Origin: Candidatus Obscuribacterales bacterium
Lineage (GTDB): Bacteria > Cyanobacteriota > Vampirovibrionia > Obscuribacterales > Obscuribacteraceae
Reading direction: 5' to 3'
DNA: 64,000 nt
NCBI GenBank assembly: GCA_965228855.1
Contig: CBDDIJ010000002.1
Location: forward strand, 1,440,001 to 1,504,000
Position numbers and translations under genes: made by a program
In this document: positions 39,180 to 50,256 of the stretch, piece after piece
Numbering within the stretch: the first letter of the stretch is position 1
How the letters are laid out: every line of letters begins with the position of its first letter
The notes under the pieces: model-generated
Database searches by the model: none
What the model was told of the DNA's origin: nothing
What the model saw: only the letters and a program-made list of their open reading frames with translations

Positions 39180-39728
39180 ATGAACGCGAAGTCCACACTG
39201 ATGCTTGGTGCAGTTGCCGCCATTGCAATTCAACTGCCCGCGCATGCATCCGTAATCGTTGAAGACTCAATATTTGTAAACGCCAAGCCGGCGATGGTCT
39301 GGAGAGCGCTCCGCGAGTACCAGAGAGAAGAGAAGGCGTTTCACAAGAAAGTTGTATCTTCAACATCCAATTCGGTCTCACTGAAAGAAGAGTTTGCAAG
39401 ATTGCCGGTGGTTGGAACAATGATGTTAAGCTACATTGAAGTAAACAAGCCGGAAGAGAACCGCGTCGACTATCGGTTGACAGAGAAAGGAACGTTGAAC
39501 AAGTTTGAAGGTTCCTGGATTCTCGAGGAGAATAAAACCACCGGTGGTGTCACTCTCAAATTGGTTACAGAGATCGATAGCTGGGTTCCGGCGCCGTTCA
39601 AGAACCATGTTCTGCGCAGCAATACCAAAAAGGGAATGGAAAAGCGTTTGGAATTCGTCAAGGAATACGCTGAAAATTTGAGCGGTGCAAACAAGGTGAG
39701 CGCTGACCCATCCAAGCGCAGCGGCTAG
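39180..39728 (+). CDS. Exported SRPBCC/START-domain protein
   Basis: Signal peptide; SIFVNAKPAMVWRALREY...KFEGSWILE; AGGAG RBS. Confidence 0.75.
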   Translation: MNAKSTLMLGAVAAIAIQLPAHASVIVEDSIFVNAKPAMVWRALREYQREEKAFHKKVVSSTSNSVSLKEEFARLPVVGTMMLSYIEVNKPEENRVDYRLTEKGTLNKFEGSWILEENKTTGGVTLKLVTEIDSWVPAPFKNHVLRSNTKKGMEKRLEFVKEYAENLSGANKVSADPSKRSG

Positions 39729-41194
39729 TTTAATCCCTCTGCAGCTTGGCGCAGATTAGCACTCTTTTGAGCATCGCCACGAGCTGCGTATTGATGACTT
39801 TTCTCCAGCATTAGCGTTTGCAGTTTGCCAACTTCAGCTATCCGTGCGTCTTTGGCTGCTGGCGCCTTTGGTAGAAATTTTTCGAACTCGGATAAGCCCT
39901 CTTCTGTCTTACCGGCTGCGCATAGAAGCAGTCCCTTTGAGAGTTGGAGGTGAAGACTGTTAGCACCCGTTGATCTTGCTGCTTTGTCGTAGACTGCCAG
40001 CGCGTCGTCGAGTCGACCCATGTTTTCCAGAGCATCGGCTTTGACGATCAGCGCTTCTCCAGGGTTCTTTTCCCGTTTTAAATAAACTTCTGCCGCTTCC
40101 AGTGCTTCTTCATATCTGCCTAAACTGTTTAGCGCTGTCGCTTTAACAATGTGAGTGAACGGATAGAAATTGCTGGTATCGTATTTGATGGCGCGCTCCG
40201 ACATCTCCAGAGCTTTCTCCGGTTGGTCCATGTCCGACAGGCAAGCTGCAGCCACGCCATATGCCTGAGCGCTTTCATTGTCTAAACTTATTGCTTTCTC
40301 TGCCTGTTTCAAAGCCTCTTCTTTTTGTCCCAAACTAAGGAGGCACGTGGAAAGACCGAGCACCAGTCGAGGATCGTCCGGCTTCTTCTCAACCGCTGAC
40401 TGGAACAAGGGAAGCGCTTCTTCGAACTTCCGTTCCTTTGCCAGTTTTTGCGCCTTCTCGTCGTCTGTGCTCAGCTTTGACTTTGCAATGAAGGCTATAA
40501 CGAGTAAACCAACTAAGAAATACGAGTTCTGTTTAATTGCTCGAAAACCGCTGTCAATCAGCTGTCCAGGCGCACCGAGTACCATCGCACCAAGAGCGGA
40601 AGCGAATTGGATAAGGTCGCTGAAAGGCGGAAAGAAGAAAAACATCGCCATGATAAACAGAAATCCAAGATTTCCGAATTCGCGCGCTTTGCGCTGGATC
40701 GGGGCGGGCAGCCAGGGTTCGATTATTCCAAATCCATCGAGTGGTGGCAGCGGAAGAAGGTTTAGGATGAAAACAAAAATGTGCAGGTAGATGAGTGTGC
40801 AGGTGGCACGTGTGAAGACCTGGAATATGTGCACGTTTCCGATCAGGTCTTTGAGCAAAGGAAGAACGTGCAGAAAAATCACCAGACCGATCAGGAATAT
40901 GAAAGTGAACAGCGGGCCAGCGAAGCTAATGAACGATAGCATCGTTCGACTTTTGATACGACTGGTGTTGATCGATACGGCTGCACCTGGCAGCGCTATT
41001 CCGCCGAGCATCAGTGCCAGCACTGGTATGACCAGAGTGGTGGCAGAATTGATGTAGACGAACGGATTGAGGGTCAAATACCCTTTGTCCTTTACGGATT
41101 TATCGCCGCCCCAGTAGGCGGTTATCGCGTGACCAAATTCGTGAAAGCAAGTGGAGAAAATCCATCCGGCGATAATTAGCAGTGCAAGGTCCAT
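39725..41194 (-). CDS. Site-2 protease (M50) with C-terminal TPR repeats
   Basis: FHEFGHA, AGP, NLLPLPPLDG; TPRs after about residue 245. Confidence 0.9.
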   Translation of the reverse strand: MDLALLIIAGWIFSTCFHEFGHAITAYWGGDKSVKDKGYLTLNPFVYINSATTLVIPVLALMLGGIALPGAAVSINTSRIKSRTMLSFISFAGPLFTFIFLIGLVIFLHVLPLLKDLIGNVHIFQVFTRATCTLIYLHIFVFILNLLPLPPLDGFGIIEPWLPAPIQRKAREFGNLGFLFIMAMFFFFPPFSDLIQFASALGAMVLGAPGQLIDSGFRAIKQNSYFLVGLLVIAFIAKSKLSTDDEKAQKLAKERKFEEALPLFQSAVEKKPDDPRLVLGLSTCLLSLGQKEEALKQAEKAISLDNESAQAYGVAAACLSDMDQPEKALEMSERAIKYDTSNFYPFTHIVKATALNSLGRYEEALEAAEVYLKREKNPGEALIVKADALENMGRLDDALAVYDKAARSTGANSLHLQLSKGLLLCAAGKTEEGLSEFEKFLPKAPAAKDARIAEVGKLQTLMLEKSHQYAARGDAQKSANLRQAAEGLN

Positions 41195-41243
41195 TTTGAT
41201 TGGCTCGATAGTAATGAGTCTGTCTCAGTACTATAAACCAAAT

Positions 41244-41972
41244 TTATTGCTCGACACAGAGTCGTACTATGGCGTGGACCACTTGCTCGATCGTCATGTT
41301 GTCAGTGATGATTGCAATGGCGTCGTCGGCTTGTTTGAGGGGACCGTCTGCGCGATTCGAGTCGCGGTGGTCGCGCTCTGCGATTGCTTTGCTAAGGTCT
41401 TCCAGGTCGGGGCTTTCGCCAAGCGCCTGCAGGTCCTTCAGGCGACGTTGAGCGCGAACTTCGACAGAGGCGGTCAAATATATTTTGATGTCCGCGTCTG
41501 GCATGACTACTGTTCCGATGTCGCGTCCATCCAACACGACGCCTCCGCGCTGAATCATTTCCTTCTGGCGAGCGACCATCAGTTTTCTCAGAGCTGAGAA
41601 TGTGGAAACTTTAGACACCAGGTCGCTGATTTCGTGTGAGCGAATAGCGTGGGTGATTTCTTCATCGTTGACATAGACACGCGTGCGACCTTTGGTGCTT
41701 TCGTCGCCCGGTTCCAGTCTGATTGTGGCTTCGGATGCGGCTTTTGCAATTGCCTCGCCATCTTCGGTAGAGATGCCCTGTTTGCGTGCGAGCCATGTTG
41801 CAGCCCTGTACATCGCACCTGTGTCGATATACAGAAGATCAAGATCTTTGGCGACAAGCTGCGCGACAGTCGATTTGCCGGCGCCCGCCGGTCCATCGAT
41901 TGCCACCTTTAGCAGTTTTACCGCGGCATCGTCCTTGCGCGCGGCAGGTTTCGAAGTTTCCATTTGCTGCAT
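41244..41972 (-). CDS. cmk: Cytidylate kinase
   Basis: AIDGPAGAGKST, DTGAMYRA, DGRDIGTVV, ERDHRDSNR. Confidence 0.96.
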   Translation of the reverse strand: MQQMETSKPAARKDDAAVKLLKVAIDGPAGAGKSTVAQLVAKDLDLLYIDTGAMYRAATWLARKQGISTEDGEAIAKAASEATIRLEPGDESTKGRTRVYVNDEEITHAIRSHEISDLVSKVSTFSALRKLMVARQKEMIQRGGVVLDGRDIGTVVMPDADIKIYLTASVEVRAQRRLKDLQALGESPDLEDLSKAIAERDHRDSNRADGPLKQADDAIAIITDNMTIEQVVHAIVRLCVEQ

Positions 41973-42069
41973 CCCGATAGCTCCATAAAAGCTCGCGCCC
42001 CGTGAGGCTGGTGCCCCAGGGAATCGTAAGCCTTCAGGCTACGCATCGCGAGGATGCATATATTATGGA

Positions 42070-42417
42070 CTACCGGACGCGGTTTCTTTCCATGAAAGAG
42101 CCGAGCCAGTCAAAAAACGAAACGGGTTTGGGTACGTCTTCGGCTGCCTTTTGCTGAGCTTCTGGCAGCGGCATACCGCTCTCCACGCCGCGAATAATGT
42201 CCAGTACTTCGTAATCTGCAGGGAATCGTCCGATTGCTTTCTTTGAAAAGATCAATGTTCCGTTGTCTTCGACCTCGAAGACGCCTCCGGAGGATTTGAT
42301 CAATTCTGACGACTCGTCCAATTTTTCTTCGAGTTCAGCTGCCAACCTGACAGCGGCGTTCTTATAGCCTCAGGCGCCGCAATAGGTGATTGTGAACCGT
42401 TTTACATTGCTTCCCAT
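42070..42417 (-). CDS. Rdx/SelW-SelT-SelH family selenoprotein (CxxU; TGA codon 16 read as Sec)
   Basis: AGGAG RBS then ATG 42417: MGSNVKRFTITYCGA-TGA-GYKNAAVRLAAELE...GGVFEVEDNGTLIFSKKAIGRFP, in frame with the 91-aa ORF. Confidence 0.85.
42338..42354 (-). promoter_or_regulatory. Candidate bacterial SECIS hairpin
   Basis: GCTGTCA-GGT-TGGCAGC stem-loop starting 15 nt after the in-frame UGA, with G in the loop. Confidence 0.6.
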
Positions 42418-42525
42418 TTTCGGATCTCCTCTTAGTGGGTCACCAACTGGGATATTATCGCATCCCGGAGGGTGATTCTCACAAGATAGCCTCTGTTTGG
42501 GCTGTTGATGTAACTTCTCCTCGGA

Positions 42526-43671
42526 CTATTCCAAACTCAAATACTTGAGCAACAGGCTGTGGAAGTGATGAACACCGTCTTCCCAGTGCTTCGAATAGCG
42601 CCCCCGATCGTACAAACGTGAACGAACACCCTTTTGTACGAGTTCGACAACCTGTTCATCCTCGCGCTCGGTTTTATCGATATCCGTTGGAGAATACTGC
42701 GCCATGCGGCTTTCATCCCAGATGTATGTGATGAACTTGATTCGAGTTTTGTCGATCGCCATTGGAAGAACGAGATTTATAGACAATCCCCAGGGATAGA
42801 AATTCCACATCATGTTGGGAAACAAGAAGTAGTAGTAGGCCGCGATTGACTTGCCGTAGTCCGGATGTTCCTTGGGCAGATCAAAGGCGTCACATGGATT
42901 AGCGGCGCCACCGACTTGCAGGATGGAGAGCGGTTGAATCTCGGTCGTATAGTTCTTCGTATCAAGAAGTTGAGTCAAAGATGGATGAACGTATGGAACG
43001 TGAAGACCTTCCAGGTAGTTATCGCAATACAACGCCCAATGTGCATTTACAACATAATCACGCGAATCCTTGGCTGAAAATTGTGATTGTTTAAGCGGAA
43101 GAAAACCGACTCGCTCGTTCATATCACCGATCAAATCCTCGAATGAGAAAGCCGGATGGAGCGAGGCAAAAATGAATTTGTCGAACTGTTCGATCGGAAC
43201 GGATGGAAGATTGTCTGAAGGAGCCGGGAAATTGCAGACGTCTTCAAAGCCAGGCGCAGATTGGAATTGACCGTCTAGTGAGAATCGTCTGCCGTGGTAG
43301 CGGCAGCGAATCTGTTTCAAATGGCAATCAGATTCGACGAGTAGTGCGCCACGGTGCGTGCATACATTCGACAAGCAGCGGAGTTTGTCGTCGTTGTCCC
43401 GGGTTAGCATCAGAGGTTCATTCAAACCACCTTCGCCCATCGTCCAACTGATGACTTGACCGGGCACCTTCAGGCGATCGGTTTCCGTGGCATATTGCCA
43501 GCTTCGTGCGAATACTCGTTCTTGGGCGAGCTTGTATAGTTCCGGGTCGGTGTAATACTTCGATGGTATCGTTGCCGACTTTGCTACGTCGCTGTTGATA
43601 ACTTCATCGTCGGAAAGACGCGGCTTCAGTGTCATCTCAACATCCTCCCGGGACGCTTTGGCCTCAACCAC
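42526..43671 (-). CDS. Rieske non-heme iron oxygenase alpha subunit (choline monooxygenase-like)
   Basis: Rieske NVCTHRG...CRYHG; mononuclear Fe site DNYLEGLHVPYVHP; EREDEQVVELVQKG. Confidence 0.9.
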   Translation of the reverse strand: MVEAKASREDVEMTLKPRLSDDEVINSDVAKSATIPSKYYTDPELYKLAQERVFARSWQYATETDRLKVPGQVISWTMGEGGLNEPLMLTRDNDDKLRCLSNVCTHRGALLVESDCHLKQIRCRYHGRRFSLDGQFQSAPGFEDVCNFPAPSDNLPSVPIEQFDKFIFASLHPAFSFEDLIGDMNERVGFLPLKQSQFSAKDSRDYVVNAHWALYCDNYLEGLHVPYVHPSLTQLLDTKNYTTEIQPLSILQVGGAANPCDAFDLPKEHPDYGKSIAAYYYFLFPNMMWNFYPWGLSINLVLPMAIDKTRIKFITYIWDESRMAQYSPTDIDKTEREDEQVVELVQKGVRSRLYDRGRYSKHWEDGVHHFHSLLLKYLSLE

Positions 43672-43760
43672 AATCCAAAGATACTAGCAGAGAGCGAGTA
43701 TTATGCCACTGCGTGTTCGCACATATCTTGTACATTCCGTTATAGGCTTCGGCTGAAAAA

Positions 43761-43866
43761 TCTTATGGAGCCTTGCGGAACAAGCGCTTCCACCAGGGGA
43801 GTGCTAAAAACTCTTATGGAGCCTTGCGGAACAAGCGCTTCCACCAGGGGAGTGCTAAAAACTCTT
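43761..43866. repeat. Exact 51-bp tandem duplication of a gene 3' end
   Basis: TCTTATGGAGCCTTGCGGAACAAGCGCTTCCACCAGGGGAGTGCTAAAAAC at 43761-43811 and 43812-43862, plus TCTT. Confidence 0.95.
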
Positions 43867-44857
43867 GATATTGGCGGCGGTGCTCTTGCAGCGTGCGAGT
43901 CACTTCGACAAGCTCATCCTTCAAGCTGGCTGTTTGCGATGATTTTAACTCGAGCATGCGCATGGAGCCTTGCATCTCCGCTAGGAGTCGAAGATCTTCT
44001 AAGTGTTCGCGGCGCTCATCAGATAGTTCCTTCTGTACTTCATTCAATTGCCGGAGCAGGCGTTCTACCTCATCTGAACGATCTATCACGATCGTCGGAT
44101 GTTCCATATTCGATTCCATCGCGTACTCAGCAGCTCTTGCCAGCTCTGTTTTAGCTTTTTTGCCAGCCGTTTGAATCAAGCTGTTGAAGGAAAAACCTAA
44201 CAAATTTTCGGCGGTCTCACGCAGACCCAGTGGTTCGTCGCTGGGTGCAGGCCGCGATGATGCAGCTGGTTGTGCCTGTGCTGGAGCGGGTTTCTCAATG
44301 GTTTTCTCAGTCATTACTTCCGTCCTTGGCGTGCCACTTTTCGAGTGGCGTATTCTGAAACTTGGTGGCGGAATAATTCGCCATTCGTCCTGTCCGTCGA
44401 TTTTCATCTTGCGGGCTTTCCAGCCTTCGGGAAGGCGATTGCCCCATTTGCCGCTGATTCCACGCTCGATGGCGCGAATAGATTTTCCAAGAATTGTTGC
44501 GGCTTCGTCGATTGTTAGAGCTGGTCTTGGAACATCGTAGACTAAAACCGGGCCATCGACCGCCCAGGGTGAGTCACCATCTGCGGTATCAGCCTCTTCG
44601 GCGTCGACCACGTCATGCTCAATCTCCGGCTGATTTCTCGTAAGAGCCGCATCGAGTTCCAGTCCCTCATCGCCCTCGCCATCTTCGTTGTCGGCACCGC
44701 CGGTGGTGTCCCGAGAGAGTTCTCGTTCAAATCTTTCGATCACGGCGTCATCGATCTCGACTTCAGGAGCAAATGACACAGTTTGATCGATTACTTCGGC
44801 CTCTTGCGATTCCTGAACAGCGGCGCTGAAGTTTGTGTCTTGTTGTAAGTCTTTCAT
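43814..44857 (-). CDS. Hypothetical protein: acidic N-terminus, HTH-like motif, coiled coil, C-terminal amphipathic helix
   Basis: LTIDEAATILGKSIRAIER; heptad region; ends LPWWKRLFRKAP. Confidence 0.75.
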   Translation of the reverse strand: MKDLQQDTNFSAAVQESQEAEVIDQTVSFAPEVEIDDAVIERFERELSRDTTGGADNEDGEGDEGLELDAALTRNQPEIEHDVVDAEEADTADGDSPWAVDGPVLVYDVPRPALTIDEAATILGKSIRAIERGISGKWGNRLPEGWKARKMKIDGQDEWRIIPPPSFRIRHSKSGTPRTEVMTEKTIEKPAPAQAQPAASSRPAPSDEPLGLRETAENLLGFSFNSLIQTAGKKAKTELARAAEYAMESNMEHPTIVIDRSDEVERLLRQLNEVQKELSDERREHLEDLRLLAEMQGSMRMLELKSSQTASLKDELVEVTRTLQEHRRQYQEFLALPWWKRLFRKAP

Positions 44858-45040
44858 ATGACTTGGACCTGTAGATCTAATGCGGCCATGATGTTTATAT
44901 TCTCAGGCCAACCTGATGGATTGACAAATTATATGCTTGAAAGATTTACTGACATCCACTTGAAAGGGCTTGGATTCTAGTATTTATGCGCTTTTCCGGT
45001 TGCTCGCTTCGTTGAGATTGTTAAGCTGCTGCTCATGCGC

Positions 45041-45072
45041 AAAAAAAGGGCGATGCTCGCCACATCGCCCTT
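45041..45072 (-). terminator. Intrinsic terminator of the sod gene
   Basis: AAGGGCGATG-CTCGCCA-CATCGCCCTT with an A run (U tract on - strand). Confidence 0.8.
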
Positions 45073-45091
45073 CAGTTATTTTTTTTCGATC

Positions 45092-45712
45092 CTACTTTTG
45101 GCAGCAGGATAGGCGCTTTTCAACAGCTTCCCAATCAACGTTGTTCAAGAATGCTTCAACGTATTTCGGTCTGTCTGCCGGTTTGTAGTCTCTGAACCAG
45201 GCATGCTCCCAAACGTCCATGACGAGCAGCGGAACGAAGCCGGCAACGTTGCCCTCTTCGTGCATGCTGATCCAGTGGTTTGAAAGGGTCTGCATTTCGG
45301 GATCGTAGTAGAGTACTACCCAGCCAACGCCTCTGGCAGCGCCGAGCTTGCTGAAGTCGGTTTTCCATACGTCGACGCTCGAGTATGTTTCCGTCATCAA
45401 TTTTGCAAGTGCGCTTGATTCCTTGAGTTCGGAACCGCCAGCCTTGAGGTTGCCGAAGTAGAACTCATGCAACTTCATGCCGTTATATTCGAATCCGTAT
45501 CTACGTTTCAGTTCGGAATATTCCGGGGTTCCGGCTTTTCCGGCTTCCGTCAGTTCGATTACCTTCTCGTTGAGAACGTTGGTGTTGGTGACGTAGCCGT
45601 TGTACAGAGCAAAGTGAATCTCCAGGGTCTCGTCTGAAATACCCTTCAGACCTTTCAAATGCGAATAGTCCTTAGCCGCATATTTTTTGTACGAAATCTT
45701 TTGTTGTAGCAT
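45092..45712 (-). CDS. Fe/Mn superoxide dismutase family protein
   Basis: Ligand motifs EIHFALYNGYV, KLHEFYF, DVWEHA; AGGAG RBS fits ATG 45712. Confidence 0.9.
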   Translation of the reverse strand: MLQQKISYKKYAAKDYSHLKGLKGISDETLEIHFALYNGYVTNTNVLNEKVIELTEAGKAGTPEYSELKRRYGFEYNGMKLHEFYFGNLKAGGSELKESSALAKLMTETYSSVDVWKTDFSKLGAARGVGWVVLYYDPEMQTLSNHWISMHEEGNVAGFVPLLVMDVWEHAWFRDYKPADRPKYVEAFLNNVDWEAVEKRLSCCQK

Positions 45713-45934
45713 ATTCATCTCCTATGCAACACAGTGGAAATGGCGGACCGATCGCCATTTGATGAGACTGTAGTTTTAGCATGAATAACTTCTCAAGAAG
45801 CGTATTTGCACATTAAACACTAATGTTTGCGCCACACTATGTAGCTTTCGGGAAGGTTGCCGCTACCTCTATCAATCAAATGATGTGAAACCGCATGCGA
45901 TGTCACTGTGCTTGTGAAACCAGATGCGATGTCA

Positions 45935-48091
<2,157 letters not shown>

Positions 48092-48620
48092 TTACTCCCC
48101 GCCGTACTAACTCGGCTTTACCGCCAAGTGTATATAGTACCTTATTTGGCTCTTGTTGATATCTTTGGCTGCTTTCAAGCAGCGCTTTTCATGTAAAAAA
48201 CTCCGACCGATATGACCAGGAATTTTCGGTCAGATTTCCTTCACTCCATGCGTTGCAAAAGGTGATATCACCTGTGGTGTCAAAAAGAAGAAGCCGAGCT
48301 GGAGGCCCGGCCGCTTCACATTTTTCCACTGTTCCGCCCACGTCGGGTGCGGTAACTAGCCCAATTATTTGGGTTACATGATTTGTGGATTCTCGATTGT
48401 TGGTTTGTCGAAGAAACTCCTCCGATAAACGGAACCAACACTACTAAAATACCAAAAGTTTCGAAGTCGTAAACCCTTTCTAGCAAAGGATTTTGCTATA
48501 TGTCATGGAGATAACAATTGTGCCCGAATTTTGTTATACAACTTACACAAAACGCCCTGATTCGTCACGCTTTTCACGCATGCGCCAGCTGCGATTCCCA
48601 GAGGTGCCCGGTACAACCCT

Positions 48621-48716
48621 GTGATGCTCGGTCCCGGTTCTGTCCGGTTCTGCCCGGTGATGCTCGGTGTTGTCCGGTGATGCTCGGTGCTGTCAAGTGA
48701 TGCTCGGTGCTGTCCA
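48621..48716. repeat. 20-bp tandem repeat GTGATGCTCGGTG(C/T)TGTC.. (3 copies plus a partial) with 10-bp sub-periodicity
   Basis: Copies start at 48657, 48677 and 48697; partial copy at 48621. Confidence 0.85.
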
Positions 48717-48766
48717 GTCTGCCGTCTGGCAATCTTATCGGGTAGCTCTGTTTCTACTCGCTGGGT

Positions 48767-50055
48767 GCCTGCGTTTTTGATTGCAATTTTTGCAGCAAAA
48801 CCTGCAAACAAGATTGCAAGCCTCGATTTTAGCCTCGGAAAGGAGGCTTTTGAGCTTGAAAATACTGCGCCTGCAAACAAGATTGCGGTGTTTGCAGCAA
48901 AACCTGCAAACAAGATTGCAAGCCTCGATTTTAGCCTCGGAAAGGAGGCTTTTGAGCTTGAATATACTGCGCCTGCAAACAAGATTGCGGCTTTTGCAGC
49001 AAAACCTGCAAACAAGATTGCAGCCCTCGATTTTAGCCTCGGAAAGGAGGCTTTTGAGCTTGAAAATACTGCGCCTGCAAACAAGATTGCGGCTTTTGCA
49101 GCAAAACCTGCAAACAAGATTGCAGCCCTCGATTTTAGCCTCGGAAAGGAGGCTTTTGAGCTTGAAAATACTGCGCCTGCAAACAAGATTGCGGCTTTTG
49201 CAGCAAAACCTGCAAACAAGATTGCAAGCCTCGATTTTAGCCTCGGAAAGGAGGCTTTTGAGCTTGAAAATACTGCGCCTGCAAACAAGATTGCGGTGTT
49301 TGCAGCAAAACCTGCAAACAAGATTGCAAGCCTCGATTCTAGCTTCGGAAAGGAGGCTTTTGAGCTTGAAAATACTGCGCCTGCAAACAAGATTGCGGCT
49401 TTTGCAGCAAAACCTGCAAACAAGATTGCAGCCCTCGATTTTAGCCTCGGAAAGGAGGCTTTTGAGCTTGAAAATACTGCGCCTGCAAACAAGATTGCGG
49501 TGTTTGCAGCAAAACCTGCAAACAAGATTGCAGCCCTCGATTTTTAGCCTCGGAAAGGAGGCTCTTGAGCTTGAAAATACTGCGCCTGCAAACAAGATTG
49601 CGGCTTTTGCAGCAAAACCTGCAAACAAGATTGCAGCCCTCGATTTTAGCCTCGGAAAGGAGGCTTTTGAGCTTGAAAATACTGCGCCTGCAAACAAGAT
49701 TGCGGCTTTTGCAGCAAAACCTGCAAACAAGATTGCAGCCCTCGATTTTAGCCTCGGAAAGGAGGCTTTTGAGCTTGAAAATACTGCGCCTGCAAACAAG
49801 ATTGCGGTGTTTGCAGCAAAACCTGCAAACAAGATTGCAGCCTTCGATTTTAGCCTCGGAAAGGAGGCTTTTGAGCTTGAAAATACTGCGCCTGCAAACA
49901 AGATTGCGGCTTTTGCAGCAAAACCTGCAAACAAGATTGCAGCCCTCGATTTTAGCCTCGGAAAGGAGGCTTTTGAGCTTGAAAATACTGCGCCTGCAAA
50001 CAAGATTGCGGTGTTTGCAGCAAAACCTGCAAACAAGATTGCAGCCTTCGATTTT
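48767..50055. repeat. 102-bp tandem array, 12 full units plus one partial
   Basis: Units start at 48791, 48893, 48995, 49097, 49199, 49301, 49403, 49505, 49608, 49710, 49812, 49914 and 50016 (partial); degenerate lead-in from about 48767. Confidence 0.97.
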
Positions 50056-50256
50056 CGTCCGTCGATTTGTCCCGCAGAGAGACGTCTGTCGAGAGGCTGA
50101 CGGGTTTTATTGACGGTTGCAACGGTCGGTGAGGAAGTCCAAAAACGTGCAGGGGGCACTCGTTTCGAGGACAACAGGGGATATATACGTATGTACACCG
50201 CCCTGGCGAGGTGTTATATAACAGCAAGAATCAGCAAACTAGCGGCAGGTTGTTGA

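Noticed and set aside
48092..48620. Possible oriC in the large intergenic region
   Set aside because: Only weak, mismatched DnaA-box-like words and no dnaA/dnaN nearby.
48767..50055. CRISPR array
   Set aside because: The sequences between the 17-bp repeats are two alternating near-identical linkers, not unique spacers, and there are no cas genes in the window.
50125..50145. GAGGAAGTCC resembling the RNase P RNA motif GAGGAAAGTCC
   Set aside because: Imperfect match, and no other RNase P conserved regions or room for them.
48503..50198. Long ORFs in several frames across the 102-bp array
   Set aside because: A unit length divisible by 3 keeps stop-free frames open. There is no convincing start or RBS, a +1 insertion breaks the frames, and variants show no clear synonymous bias. 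Coding is not fully excluded.
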